Assembly (NCBI GenBank): GCA_034521065.1
Contig: JAXHMW010000020.1
Location: 196,986-260,985 of the forward strand
DNA: 64,000 bases
From: Planctomycetota bacterium
Lineage (GTDB): Bacteria; Planctomycetota; B143-G9
Reading direction: 5' to 3'
Positions 20,223 through 29,835 of the stretch are shown piece by piece (within the stretch, counting starts at the first letter, position 1; every line of letters starts with the position of its first letter). The notes beneath the pieces were generated by a model that had not been told where the DNA came from, did no database searches, and saw nothing but the letters and a program-made list of their open reading frames with translations. A program made the translations under genes and the position numbers.

Positions 20223-22153
20223 TCAGACGATGAATTTGCCGCGCTCCGTGTAGGAGGTGTGGAGCAGCTTGTGGCTGATGTGACCACAAGGTCCGTCCGT
20301 GAGGAACTCCTCGTAGACCTGAGTGATGTGAGGGTTCTCGTGGGACTTTCGGAGATCGAGCCCCATATCCTCGCTGTAGATGGCCTTCGCACGGGCCGCG
20401 CGGATTTCCTCGTTGGTGGGAATCGGCATTCCGCCGCCGCCGAGACAGCCACCTGGACAGGCCATGAACTCGATGAAGTGGCATTCGGAGAACTTGCCGC
20501 CGGCCTTGATGTCCTCCATGACCTTCTTCGCGTTCGCGGTTCCGTGGCAGACCGCAACCTTAAGAGTGGCTCCTTCGAGGAAGTCCCAACTCTCGAACAG
20601 GTTGGCGATTAGTCCGGGAACCTCGCCGAGTTGAGGTATCTCGAGTTCGGCGTACTTCACGCCCTCGAAACCTCGCACAGGTTCGACGTTCATGTTCTCG
20701 AACACGTCTTCGACCTTGAGGCCTGTGACGAGTTCCACTACCGTACGGATGGCCGCTTCCATGACACCACCGGTTGCGCCGAAGATGAGACCGGCACCGG
20801 ATGCCTCTCCGAACGGGTCGTCGAAGTTGCTGCCGGGGATGTTGGGAAGGTCAACGCCGCTTTCCTTGATCATCTGTGCCATTTCGCGGGCGGTAAGGCC
20901 GTAATCAACGTCCTTGAACCCGCTGTCGCCCATCTCGGGACGATTGCACTCGTACTTCTTCGCCGAGCACGGCATAAGTGCGACCGTGACGATGTTCGCC
21001 GGGTCAATGCCGCGTTTCTTGGCGTAGTACGTCTTGAGAAGTGCGCCGAACATCTGCTGAGGGCTCTTGGCCGAGGACACGTTGTCGAGGTACTCCGGAT
21101 AGAAGTGCTCGATGAACTTGACCCAGCCGGGAGAGCAGGACGTGAACTGCGGAAGTGCGACGTCCTTGCCGTTCTTCAGAGCGTCCTGCAGACGCAGAAG
21201 CAGCTCGGTGCCTTCCTCGATGATCGTGAGGTCGGCGGTGAAGTTGGTGTCGAACACCGCATCGAATCCGCAACGGCGGATTGCAGTGTTCAGCTCACGG
21301 GTGACGGAGGTGCCGGGCTCGAGCCCGAACTCCTCGCCGATTGCCGCACGGGGAGAGGAGCGGTCTGCATGACGACGTGTTTGTTGGGGTCGTCAATGGC
21401 ATCCCAGATTTCATCGCGCGGGTCGTTAGCGCGAAGTGCGCCGGTCGGACAGCGGTTGATGCACTGACCGCAGTTGATGCACACTACATCTGCGAGGTCC
21501 TTGTCCATGAAGGCCGCGATCTCGGTCTGGTCACCGCGGTTGATGGCCTCATAGACTCCGACTTCCTGAAGGTCGATGCAGGTGCGCACGCAGCGACGAC
21601 ACTGGATACACTTGTCCATATCGCGAACTACTGAGTAGCTCGAGTTGTCAACTACGTGCTTCCTCTCGGTCGGATGACCGAAGCGGAAGTGGTCAACGCC
21701 GTATTCATCTGCAAGCGATTGCAGTTCGCAGTTGTTGTTGCGGAAGCAGGCGTAGCACTCGCCGTAATGCTCGGAAAGCAAGAGGTCGAGTACGTGTCTG
21801 CGGGCCCTGCGAACCTTTTCGGAGTATGTTTTTACGACGATGGGCTGTGTGATGGGGAAAGCACAGGCTGCCTGCAGCAGGTTCTGTCCCTCGATCTCGA
21901 CAACGCAAAGGCGGCAAACGCCAGCGATGCACAGGTCATCATGATGACAGAGAGTGGGGATCCGAACGCCTATCTTTTTGGCTGCCTCGAGTATGGTCGT
22001 CCCGAGCGGGACCTTCAGCACGTTGCCGTCTATGGTGATCTTTACCTGTGCGCCGATGGCGTCCTGGTTGTCACCACCGTCAACGGTGTGTGGCTTGTGG
22101 CTCTTGGGCGCCCGGGAAGTGCTTTCGGAGAACGGCTTTTTCGATTCGCTCAT
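20223..22153 (-). CDS. hydA: [FeFe]-hydrogenase catalytic subunit (one frame change)
   Basis: N-terminal 2Fe-2S and ferredoxin motifs (CIQCRRCVRTC, CINCGQCINRCP). H-cluster motifs MPCSAKKYE and EFMACPGGCLGGGG. Track ORFs 21290..22153 and 20223..21257 join at a C-run near 21350-21356 (QTAP..RAAIGEEFG). Confidence 0.9.
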
Positions 22154-22162
22154 TGTGCCTCC

Positions 22163-23347
22163 TTAGCGGGTCTGAGTACGCCCGAGTATTTCTGGCTGGA
22201 AGTTTTCTACGATGGAAAGGAATGCGTTGGGGCTGCTCTGTCCGAGCCCGCACTTGGACGCGACCCTCATGGTCTCGCCAAGCCTGACAATCTCCTTGAG
22301 ATAGCGGTTGGAGCACTCGCCGTTTTCGAGCATTTCCACGCATTCGAGGAGCTTCACGTTGCCGATACGGCAGGGGGTGCACTGTCCGCAGGACTCTTCC
22401 TTGAAGAACTCGAGGAAGTTGCGGGCGATGTCGAGCATGTCGGTATCGGGGCCGAAGATGATTATCGAACCACCGGTAGAGACATCCTCGTAAGAGATGG
22501 TTCGGCCGAAGGAGTCGGCCGGAACGCAGTGACCGGCTGCTCCGCCGATTTGCACTGCTTTGGCGTTCTCACCTCCGACATGTTCGAGGAGTTCCTTCAC
22601 GGTGATGCCCAGGGGCAGTTCGTAAACGCCCGGGTTCTCACAGTCACCTGAAACGCTTAAGAGCTTGGAACCCTTGGATTTGCCGGTGCCGTGTTCCTTG
22701 AACCATTCCGCGCCCTTGTCGAGGATGTGCGGGATGGTCGCGAAGGTCTCGACGTTGTTGACGATCGTGGGGCAACCGTTGTAGCCCTGCGTGACGGGAT
22801 ATGGAGGACGGTTGCGGGGTTCGCCGCGGTTGCCTTCCATGGACTCGATAAGAGCCGTTTCCTCGCCGCACACGTACGCGCCGGCACCCATGAAGATTTC
22901 GATATCGAACGAGAAGTCTTCCTTGCCCTTGATGTTCTCACCGAGCAGGTTCTTCTCGCGACGGGCGGCGAGCACGTTCTCGAGATGCTCACGCATGTAG
23001 GTGTACTCTCCGCGCAGGTACACCATGCCCTGTTTTGCGCCGACGCAGTATGCGGCCACGGTCATTCCCTCGAAGACATAATCCGCATATTCCATGAGGA
23101 GAACCCTGTCCTTGAAAGTGCCGGGTTCGCCTTCATCGGCGTTACATATGACGTACTTGCAGTCGCCTGTAGTGGTTGCGCAGAAGTTCCACTTGACACC
23201 AGTGGGGAAGCCTGCTCCGCCACGGCCCTTGAGCTCGGAGTTGCGGACTGCGAGCAGAGTGGCCGAACGCCCGACTTCCAGTGCCTTCTCAAGGCCTGCT
23301 TCAGGTTCGATCTCTCTGAAAAGGATGGGGCCCTTTCTTGTCGTCAT
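22163..23347 (-). CDS. hydB: NuoF-like flavoprotein subunit of the hydrogenase
   Basis: Motifs GRGGAGFPTGVKW, EGEPGTFKDR and CGQCTPCRIG. A strong GGAGG SD precedes downstream hydA. At 394 aa it is core only. Confidence 0.9.
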   Translation of the reverse strand: MTTRKGPILFREIEPEAGLEKALEVGRSATLLAVRNSELKGRGGAGFPTGVKWNFCATTTGDCKYVICNADEGEPGTFKDRVLLMEYADYVFEGMTVAAYCVGAKQGMVYLRGEYTYMREHLENVLAARREKNLLGENIKGKEDFSFDIEIFMGAGAYVCGEETALIESMEGNRGEPRNRPPYPVTQGYNGCPTIVNNVETFATIPHILDKGAEWFKEHGTGKSKGSKLLSVSGDCENPGVYELPLGITVKELLEHVGGENAKAVQIGGAAGHCVPADSFGRTISYEDVSTGGSIIIFGPDTDMLDIARNFLEFFKEESCGQCTPCRIGNVKLLECVEMLENGECSNRYLKEIVRLGETMRVASKCGLGQSSPNAFLSIVENFQPEILGRTQTR

Positions 23348-23862
23348 CAGTGAGCCTCCTTACTTTGAAAACTGGACGCGCTGAAGTGCTTTCTGCATGC
23401 TTCGATGAGGTCGTGAACCATCATTGGAGTCACGTGGGTGTAAACCTCGTCGTTAATGAGCATTGCAGGCCCCTGGTCGCACATCCCGATACAATTTACG
23501 TATTCGAGCGTGAAACGACCGTCCGGGGTACTCTCTCCGAACTTGATGCCGAGTTCATTCTCGAGCTGGGTGGCAACAGCGTCTTTGCCTGCGAGGTTGC
23601 ACGAGATGGTCTGGCACAGACGGATGATGAACTTGCCCTTCTTGTTCTGAGAGAGGAAGTGGTAGAAAGTGACTACAGCGTAAACTTCCACGGGGTGGAT
23701 ACCGAGTTTGTTCGCGATATCCTGCATAGCGAAGTCGGGCACGTGCTGGTACTTGCGCTGGATCTCCTCAAGTATGGGAAGGAGACCTCTGCGCTCGTTG
23801 TCGTACTCCTGCGCCATCTTCGCGATGTCTTGTTTCATCAGGTTACGTTCGCTTTCGAGCAT
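23347..23862 (-). CDS. hydC: NuoE-like thioredoxin-fold [2Fe-2S] subunit of the hydrogenase
   Basis: Motifs LCQTISCNLAG and CIGMCDQGPAMLIND. AAGGAGG SD before ATG 23862. The stop overlaps the hydB start (ATGA). Confidence 0.85.
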   Translation of the reverse strand: MLESERNLMKQDIAKMAQEYDNERRGLLPILEEIQRKYQHVPDFAMQDIANKLGIHPVEVYAVVTFYHFLSQNKKGKFIIRLCQTISCNLAGKDAVATQLENELGIKFGESTPDGRFTLEYVNCIGMCDQGPAMLINDEVYTHVTPMMVHDLIEACRKHFSASSFQSKEAH

Positions 23863-23872
23863 CAGGTCCTCC

Positions 23873-24250
23873 TTAAGACTTTCCCAGAAGCGCCTTGATT
23901 TTGGACACCAAGACCTTGGGTTCGACCGGCTTTTCGATGTATTCGTCCACCGGAACCATTTCCGAGTCCTTATCGAAGTCGAGACCAAAGGTCTTACCGA
24001 CCGAGGTCATCATAACGATAGGCGTCTCGATCTTGCGGGCACGAAGCTCCTGCGCCATGACAAACCCGTCGTCGGGTGCGTCCATCATGACATCAAGAAC
24101 AATCAGGTCGGGGTTTTCACTGTCAACCATGGATTTTCCATCCGTGATATTGGATGCGGAAATCACATCGAACCCCTCGTTTTCAAGTACGATCTGTGTT
24201 GATTCGACGACATCGGGGTCATCATCAACGATCAAGATCCTTGCCATCAT
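23873..24250 (-). CDS. single-domain response regulator (CheY-like receiver)
   Basis: Motifs ILIVDDD, the phospho-Asp in LIVLDVMMD, VMMTS and EKP. The start overlaps the upstream gene. Confidence 0.85.
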   Translation of the reverse strand: MMARILIVDDDPDVVESTQIVLENEGFDVISASNITDGKSMVDSENPDLIVLDVMMDAPDDGFVMAQELRARKIETPIVMMTSVGKTFGLDFDKDSEMVPVDEYIEKPVEPKVLVSKIKALLGKS

Positions 24251-25317
24251 TCCTCCTTAGGTCTGGCTTTTGAAAAATCGTTACGTATTGCCCGCTCCCC
24301 GGGGCCGGGGGTGGAACCGAGAACGAGCGTGTTTCCGTTGCTTTCCAGCCGGTGAAGCAGGAAGCCGCTCGCAGAAAACATGCGCGAAAGGTTGGACCTG
24401 CTCGGTACCGGCACCGAAAACTCATCGCTGGATGAACGACCACGCTCGACCACGAGTATCAGACCGGTAGGTCTGAGAATGTGGCGCATTCTTCGCAGGA
24501 ACGCGGACTGATCCAGAATTGTTGAAAAGGTATTGTTGCACAGCACGAAGTCAACGCTCGCGGCTGGGAGAGTGAGAGCGAGAAGGTCTTCGTGGCGTAG
24601 CTCGACACGATTGCCGAGCCTCTCCCTCGCCTTCTCCAAAGCAGCGGCGGAAAAGTCAACGCCGATTACCCTGCCGTCAGGCTGAACACGCTCGTAGAGT
24701 GCGAGTGTGCCGCGACCCGTGCCACAACCGGCATCGAGAGCGGCCTTGCCACGTAGGGAAAACTCGTCGAGCGTGGTTTGCAGATAGGCGGTATCGGTTT
24801 CGTCATCGAGGCTGCCGCCGTCGTCGAGAAAGGAATGAAGCGGGTTGCTCTCGTGAAGGGGAACGTCAGAAGGACGGGGCGAAAAGTCCGAAAGAGCCTC
24901 GAAGGGGGCATTGACCGTCTCGACGTGCTGAACACCCTCGATGGAGGACGCGCGCTGTTCCAGCTCGCGCACCACACTGGCCTCTCCGAGCAAACCGAAA
25001 ACTTGCAGACAGGAGTTGCCACGCAAGGGTATATCCATCTCGCCCTTGATCACGGAAGAATAACTGCTTCGGAGCGCTCCGAGCCTTTCCGTGACACGGG
25101 AAAACATCCTGGAGTAAAAAACGGATGCGATGGCGGCCACAACGCCGGTTCTGCGCGTGCCACGAATGTTGGAAAGCCTCTTGCGGACGAGATCGCGGAT
25201 GGCCTCTGAACGGTTCCTGTAACCCGATGCGGTGACGAATTCGTCGAAGCTCTTTACGAGCCTCTCCTCCATACTCACACCAAATCTGTACAGGGCGTTA
25301 TCAGCAGTTTTCTTCAT
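24247..25317 (-). CDS. NikR-like ribbon-helix-helix/ACT regulator fused to a class I SAM-dependent methyltransferase
   Basis: The N-terminus YRFGVSMEERLVKSFDEFVTASGYRNRSEAIRDLVRKRL aligns with NikR RHH domains and is followed by an ACT-like domain. The C-terminal half carries motif I LDAGCGTGRGTL. I chose start ATG 25317 by homology; 25350 and 25356 are also possible. Confidence 0.7.
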   Translation of the reverse strand: MKKTADNALYRFGVSMEERLVKSFDEFVTASGYRNRSEAIRDLVRKRLSNIRGTRRTGVVAAIASVFYSRMFSRVTERLGALRSSYSSVIKGEMDIPLRGNSCLQVFGLLGEASVVRELEQRASSIEGVQHVETVNAPFEALSDFSPRPSDVPLHESNPLHSFLDDGGSLDDETDTAYLQTTLDEFSLRGKAALDAGCGTGRGTLALYERVQPDGRVIGVDFSAAALEKARERLGNRVELRHEDLLALTLPAASVDFVLCNNTFSTILDQSAFLRRMRHILRPTGLILVVERGRSSSDEFSVPVPSRSNLSRMFSASGFLLHRLESNGNTLVLGSTPGPGERAIRNDFSKARPKEE

Positions 25318-25487
25318 GCGTGTTACGATTCTACCAGTCGTGCCACGCATTACCAAGGTTTTTTGTGCGTTTTTTCACCCGTCCTTTTACCTGAGTCGCA
25401 ACCCTTTTCAGATGCGGATTCGGGAGCTTTTGAAGAGGGCTGTTTTTCGCCATCGCGAGTTACGTGAAAACAGGAACGAAAAATAAC

Positions 25488-25515
25488 TTGAAAGTTTGAG
25501 CTAACAAACTATAGT
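25488..25515 (+). promoter_or_regulatory. sigma70-type promoter of the dtxR-feoAB unit, probably giving a leaderless or near-leaderless mRNA
   Basis: TTGAAA (25488-25493), a 16-nt spacer, TATAGT (25510-25515), then only 7 nt to ATG 25523 with no SD. The spacer contains the inverted repeat GTTTG-N6-CAAAC. Confidence 0.45.
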
Positions 25516-25522
25516 TGCTGAC

Positions 25523-25993
25523 ATGTTATCCAAACATCAGACGACTCACAGTCAGCAGGACTACCTCGAAGCCGTTCTCGTACTTGAAAAGGAAAACGGC
25601 GATGCGAGGGTGAACGATATAGCGAAGAGCGTGGGCGTGGGCAAGTCTTCCGCGAGCATCGCAATTCGCAACCTTCGTGAACTCGGCTTCGTCGAACACG
25701 GCCATTACGGAGCCGTAGTACTTACCAAGACCGGGCGCGAGGTGGCCACGGAAATACACCATCGCCACATGGTCCTGCACAGGTTCCTCGTGGACCAGTT
25801 GGGACTGCCCGAGGACATCGCGGAGCAGGATGCATGCCAGATGGAACACGTTGTTTCGGCTCGTTTCATGAAGCGGTTGATAAAATTCCTCGAATTCGCC
25901 TCGGAATGCCCTCTCGGAGGAGTCTTCTGGGATGAAGAAAGAGATACCTATGTTTGCTACATCAGGGAGAACAGCACCGAAGATGAGACATAA
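25523..25993 (+). CDS. DtxR/MntR-family metal-dependent transcriptional repressor
   Basis: Winged HTH (QQDYLEAVLVLEKENGDARVNDIAKSVGVGKSSASIAIRNLRELGFV) followed by a dimerisation/metal-binding helix region. Confidence 0.85.
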   Translation: MLSKHQTTHSQQDYLEAVLVLEKENGDARVNDIAKSVGVGKSSASIAIRNLRELGFVEHGHYGAVVLTKTGREVATEIHHRHMVLHRFLVDQLGLPEDIAEQDACQMEHVVSARFMKRLIKFLEFASECPLGGVFWDEERDTYVCYIRENSTEDET

Positions 25994-26042
25994 TAGACGC
26001 GCAAACGCTGCACACGGAAACCATTTCTGTGACAGAGATAGA

Positions 26043-26279
26043 ATGCGGGATTGCGTCCCGCTTGCCCGGGTCGAACAGGGCAAGACCGTGAAGCTCGTAT
26101 GTCTTGATGCCGGTCGTCACCTCGCTTCGAGGCTCGCGGCACTCGGTATGTTTCCCGGCGCTGAAGTGGAGGTCATTCAGAACTCAAATCACGGGCCGGT
26201 TATCATATCACTCACCGGTACGAGGTTCGTGCTCGGAAGAGGCGAGGCCGGCAAGATATACGTGAAGTACACATCCTGA
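26043..26279 (+). CDS. feoA: ferrous iron transport protein A
   Basis: SH3-like FeoA pattern: PLARVEQGKTVKLVCLDAGRHLASRLAALGMFPGAEVEVIQ. An alternative start at ATG 25983 overlaps the end of dtxR. Confidence 0.8.
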   Translation: MRDCVPLARVEQGKTVKLVCLDAGRHLASRLAALGMFPGAEVEVIQNSNHGPVIISLTGTRFVLGRGEAGKIYVKYTS

Positions 26280-26289
26280 AAGCTGGCGC

Positions 26290-28354
26290 ATGGCTTTTGA
26301 CCACACCTTCTACCTTGCAGGCAACCCAAACTCCGGCAAGACGAGTCTCTTCAACTCCATTACAGGCCTTCGCCATCACACCGGCAACTATCCCGGAGTA
26401 ACCGTTGAGAGACTCGAAGGCTCGAAGACCTTCAAGGACAGGAAACTGCGCTTCATCGACCTGCCGGGCTCGTACAACCTCACTTCCTATTCGATTGAAG
26501 AACGAGTCGCGCGCGATGCGCTTCTCGAAGACCCTCCCGATGCCGTAATCAACGTAGTTGACGCGACAAATCTCGAACGCAATCTTTACCTTGCGCTCTC
26601 TCTCATGGAGATGGGCGTGAACGTGGTCATCGCGCTGAACATGAGCGACCTCGCCAAACGCAATGGCATAATCATCGACACTCGTATGCTCGAGGAGAAC
26701 CTTAAAGTGCCGGTGGTCGAGACTGTCGCGATCAAGGGAGAGGGAGTCGAAGAACTACTTGAGAAGGCAATCGAGAGCACTTCTCGAATAGGCCCCCCGC
26801 TGAAGGTAAACTACGGCAAGGTAATCGAACGCGAACTTGAATTGGTGGAAGAATATCTCGAAGGGCACGAGGAGAAGTTGCGCGGCAATGTCCGCTGGAC
26901 GGCGGTCAAGCTAATCGAGGGCGATGAGAACGTCACTGAGAAGGTAATCGAGAGTCTGGGTGACGAGGACTTTGCGCAGGCGCTCGAGGACGCACGCAAC
27001 CGCATTGAATCCATGTTCAGCGACACTGTCGAAGTGGTTATGGCGGAACGTCGTTACGGCGTGATTTCCGGCGTTTCGCATCCCGCGATTAAGTACACGG
27101 TGGATGCGCGCCACACCTTCTCAGACCAGATTGACATGGTCCTCACGAACCGCTTCGCAGGCATTCCGATTTTTCTCATAATGATGTACTTGGTGTTCTA
27201 CGCCACGTTCAAAGTGGGCGAATACCCCATGCTCTGGCTGGAGTCCTTTTTCGGCTGGCTTTCGGCCTCCATTGCCTCCTCGTGGAGCGAGGCCACCATG
27301 CCGCTGCTGCGTTCTCTGCTAATTGACGGCATAATCGGCGGCGTCGGCGGCGTTCTTGTATTCCTTCCGAATATCATAATCCTGTTCTTCGCCATTGCGC
27401 TTTTGGAGGATTCGGGTTACATGGCCCGGGCTGCATTTCTCACTGACCGCTTCATGCGGGCGATGGGCCTGCCCGGAAAAAGCTTTATTCCAATTCTCGT
27501 GGGCTTCGGATGCACTGTTCCGGCTGTTTCTTGCTACCAGGTCTCTTGATAACGAACGCGATAGGCTCGTGACCATACTCGTGCTTCCGCTGGTAAGTTG
27601 TGGGGCGCGGCTGCCGGTTTTCGCGCTGCTCATCCCCGCGTTTTTCCCCACCGACTGGAGGGGGACGATACTCTTGGGCGTTTATCTTTTCGGAATTCTG
27701 TTGGCTGTCGTGGTGGCGAAAATACTGCGCACAACCACGTTTTCGGGCGAGGATACACCGTTCATCATGGAACTTCCCCCTTACCGCGCTCCTACGCTTC
27801 GCGCGCTGTCCGTACACTGTTGGGACCGCTCGAAGGAATACCTGAAGAAGGCGGGAACGTTCATTCTGATTATATCGGTACTCATATGGGCACTTGGCAA
27901 CTTTCCCACTCCGTCCGAGGAGGACACGCGGGGAATGAGCGAGAACCAGCAGGCCGCCTACGAACTCGAATACTCCGCGCTGGGGCGCATCGGCAGGACC
28001 ATCGAGCCGGTCACCGCGCCCATCGGTTTCGACTGGAAGCTCAACACCGCCCTTCTGGGTGCGACGGCGGCAAAAGAGGTATTCGTCGCACAGACAGCGA
28101 TCGTCTTTTCTCTTGGAGAACAGGACGAGGAGAGCTTAACTCTTCGCAAAAAGCTTTCGGACAACTACACCCCCCTGACCGGCATCGCGCTTATTCTGTT
28201 CTTGCTTATCGCCACACCATGCGGAGCTACAGTGGCAGTCGTTGCGCGAGAGAGTGGAAGCTGGAAGTGGGCGATTCTGCAATGGGTGGGACTGACAGTG
28301 ATGGGCTACCTTTTTGCGCTGGCGGCCTTCCAGCTCGGCGGCTTATTCTACTGA
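26290..28354 (+). CDS. feoB: ferrous iron transporter FeoB (one frame change)
   Basis: G-domain GNPNSGKTSLFN. Track ORFs 26290..27549 and 27395..28354 join at a T-run near 27526-27531 (GFGCTVPAV / LATRSLDNERDRL). Confidence 0.9.
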
Positions 28355-28412
28355 CCTTAAGCGGCAAATCCGGTAGAATGAAATCGAAAACATCACATTC
28401 GTTTGGAAAAGC

Positions 28413-28637
28413 ATGGAAGAGACGAACGCACTTGACATCATCATAGCCTGCATCGTTGTTTTCGTGGCACTGATAGGCCTTATCATGGTGCTGATCAAGG
28501 CCGCTAAGAAGGTGGAACCGGAGGACGACGAGTGCGGCCCGGTGGGCTGTACTCACTGTCCGTCAATTACCACCTGCACTCACGCCGCCGCACTGGAACA
28601 CCGCCGTAAACGCAAGGACCCATCCGAAAACTCCTGA
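28413..28637 (+). CDS. small FeoB-associated Cys-rich membrane protein
   Basis: One TM helix, then ECGPVGCTHCPSITTC. It lies directly downstream of feoB. Confidence 0.6.
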   Translation: MEETNALDIIIACIVVFVALIGLIMVLIKAAKKVEPEDDECGPVGCTHCPSITTCTHAAALEHRRKRKDPSENS

Positions 28638-28643
28638 CCCCTC

Positions 28644-29132
28644 TCAGCAGGCCACGAATCGCGGTTGAACCTCTCCCGCAGTCAACTCCACAATTGCGTA
28701 TGAGCGAACCTTGTCCTTGGGCTTTCTCACGGAGCCGGGATTGATGAGGATCGTGTCCTCGTAGTTAGATATGCCCTTACGGTGCGTGTGGCCGTAAAAG
28801 ATCAGATCCGGGCGTTCATCAAACTCTTTGAGTATGCCCAAGGGGCCGTTCGAAGCCTTCAGGCCGTGAACGACACCGACCTTCATTCCGCACATCTCGA
28901 ACAATAGCGACTTCTTCGCATCAGGAAACGCATGGGGATCGTCCATGTTGCCCAGAACATAGGAAACGGGCGGGTCGCATGCCTGCAGCGCCGAGATAAT
29001 TTCTGGCGAGGTTATGTCGCCGCAGTGGATTATGCGGTCGCAATCGCCGGTTGCAAGCAACAGCGAGTTGGGCAATTGAGCGGCATCGGTCATGTGAGAA
29101 TCGGACAGAACAAGTATTCTCTTCGCGGTCAT
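28644..29132 (-). CDS. YfcE/MJ0936-family metallophosphoesterase
   Basis: Motifs LSDSH, CGDI, GNMD and GHTH. Confidence 0.8.
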   Translation of the reverse strand: MTAKRILVLSDSHMTDAAQLPNSLLLATGDCDRIIHCGDITSPEIISALQACDPPVSYVLGNMDDPHAFPDAKKSLLFEMCGMKVGVVHGLKASNGPLGILKEFDERPDLIFYGHTHRKGISNYEDTILINPGSVRKPKDKVRSYAIVELTAGEVQPRFVAC

Positions 29133-29707
29133 TGTCCACCTTCGAGAAAGGCTATCGCCTCGCGCATGGCGGAAAGCAGCTTCGCCCTGTCATCCTCCTC
29201 GGCAAAGGTCAATGAGAGGATTTTCTGCGCAAGGTCGGACATGTTCTCGCCAGTGGCCGACTTGTTCCTGCCCTCCTTCACCGCACGACGTGCGAGCATG
29301 TCGCACATCTCGTTGAGATTGTTGCCCTGGTGGCCACGAACGTGAACGCACTTCACCGTTCGCACCGCCAATTCCCTGTCAAGCTCTCGCCACAGGTCAT
29401 CGTTTGGTATGAGCTTGTTGTTGCGCTTGAAGCCCTTGCGCCGCCAGTTGGCAAGCCATTTGTCAATGCCGTTCAGAACGTAGGACGAGTCGCTGTTGAG
29501 GGTGACCTTCGCGCCTTTCGGAGTGCGTCTCAGCCCTTCGAGCGCGGCCTTCATCTCCATCCGGTTGTTGGTGGAACGCTCTTCGTAACCGTATTCGGAG
29601 ATAACTTCCTTTTGCGGGGTTGTGAGGACGAACGCCCATCCGCCGGGCCCGGGGTTGGTCTGGCAAGAGCCGTCAGTGAAGAGTATGTATTCAAACAGGT
29701 CGTTCAT
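29129..29707 (-). CDS. rnhA: ribonuclease HI with a C-terminal extension of about 45 aa
   Basis: Motifs TDGSCQTNPGPGGWAF, NNRMEMKAALEGL, DSSYV and HQGNNLNEMCDMLA. Confidence 0.85.
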   Translation of the reverse strand: MNDLFEYILFTDGSCQTNPGPGGWAFVLTTPQKEVISEYGYEERSTNNRMEMKAALEGLRRTPKGAKVTLNSDSSYVLNGIDKWLANWRRKGFKRNNKLIPNDDLWRELDRELAVRTVKCVHVRGHQGNNLNEMCDMLARRAVKEGRNKSATGENMSDLAQKILSLTFAEEDDRAKLLSAMREAIAFLEGGQ

Positions 29708-29714
29708 AAAAAAA

Positions 29715-29788
29715 TGGAGCGGGTGAAGGGAATCGAACCCTCGTGACCAGCTTGGGAAGCTGGCGCTCTACCATTGAGCTACACCCGC
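29715..29788 (-). tRNA. tRNA-Gly (anticodon CCC), CCA encoded
   Basis: The reverse complement folds as a cloverleaf: acceptor GCGGGTG/CACCCGC, D-stem GCTC/GAGC, anticodon stem CCAGC/GCTGG with loop TTCCCAA, and T-arm GAGGG-TTCGATT-CCCTT. Length 74 nt. Confidence 0.9.
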
Positions 29789-29835
29789 TCTTTCTCCTTT
29801 TGTTCAGACAATTGTATTCGTAAATGTACCCGCTG

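Noticed and set aside
29715-29788. tRNA-Gly as an integration site for a mobile element.
   Set aside because: There is no integrase, no phage or plasmid genes, and no direct repeat of the tRNA 3-prime end in the flanks. The neighbours are rnhA and a TPR gene.
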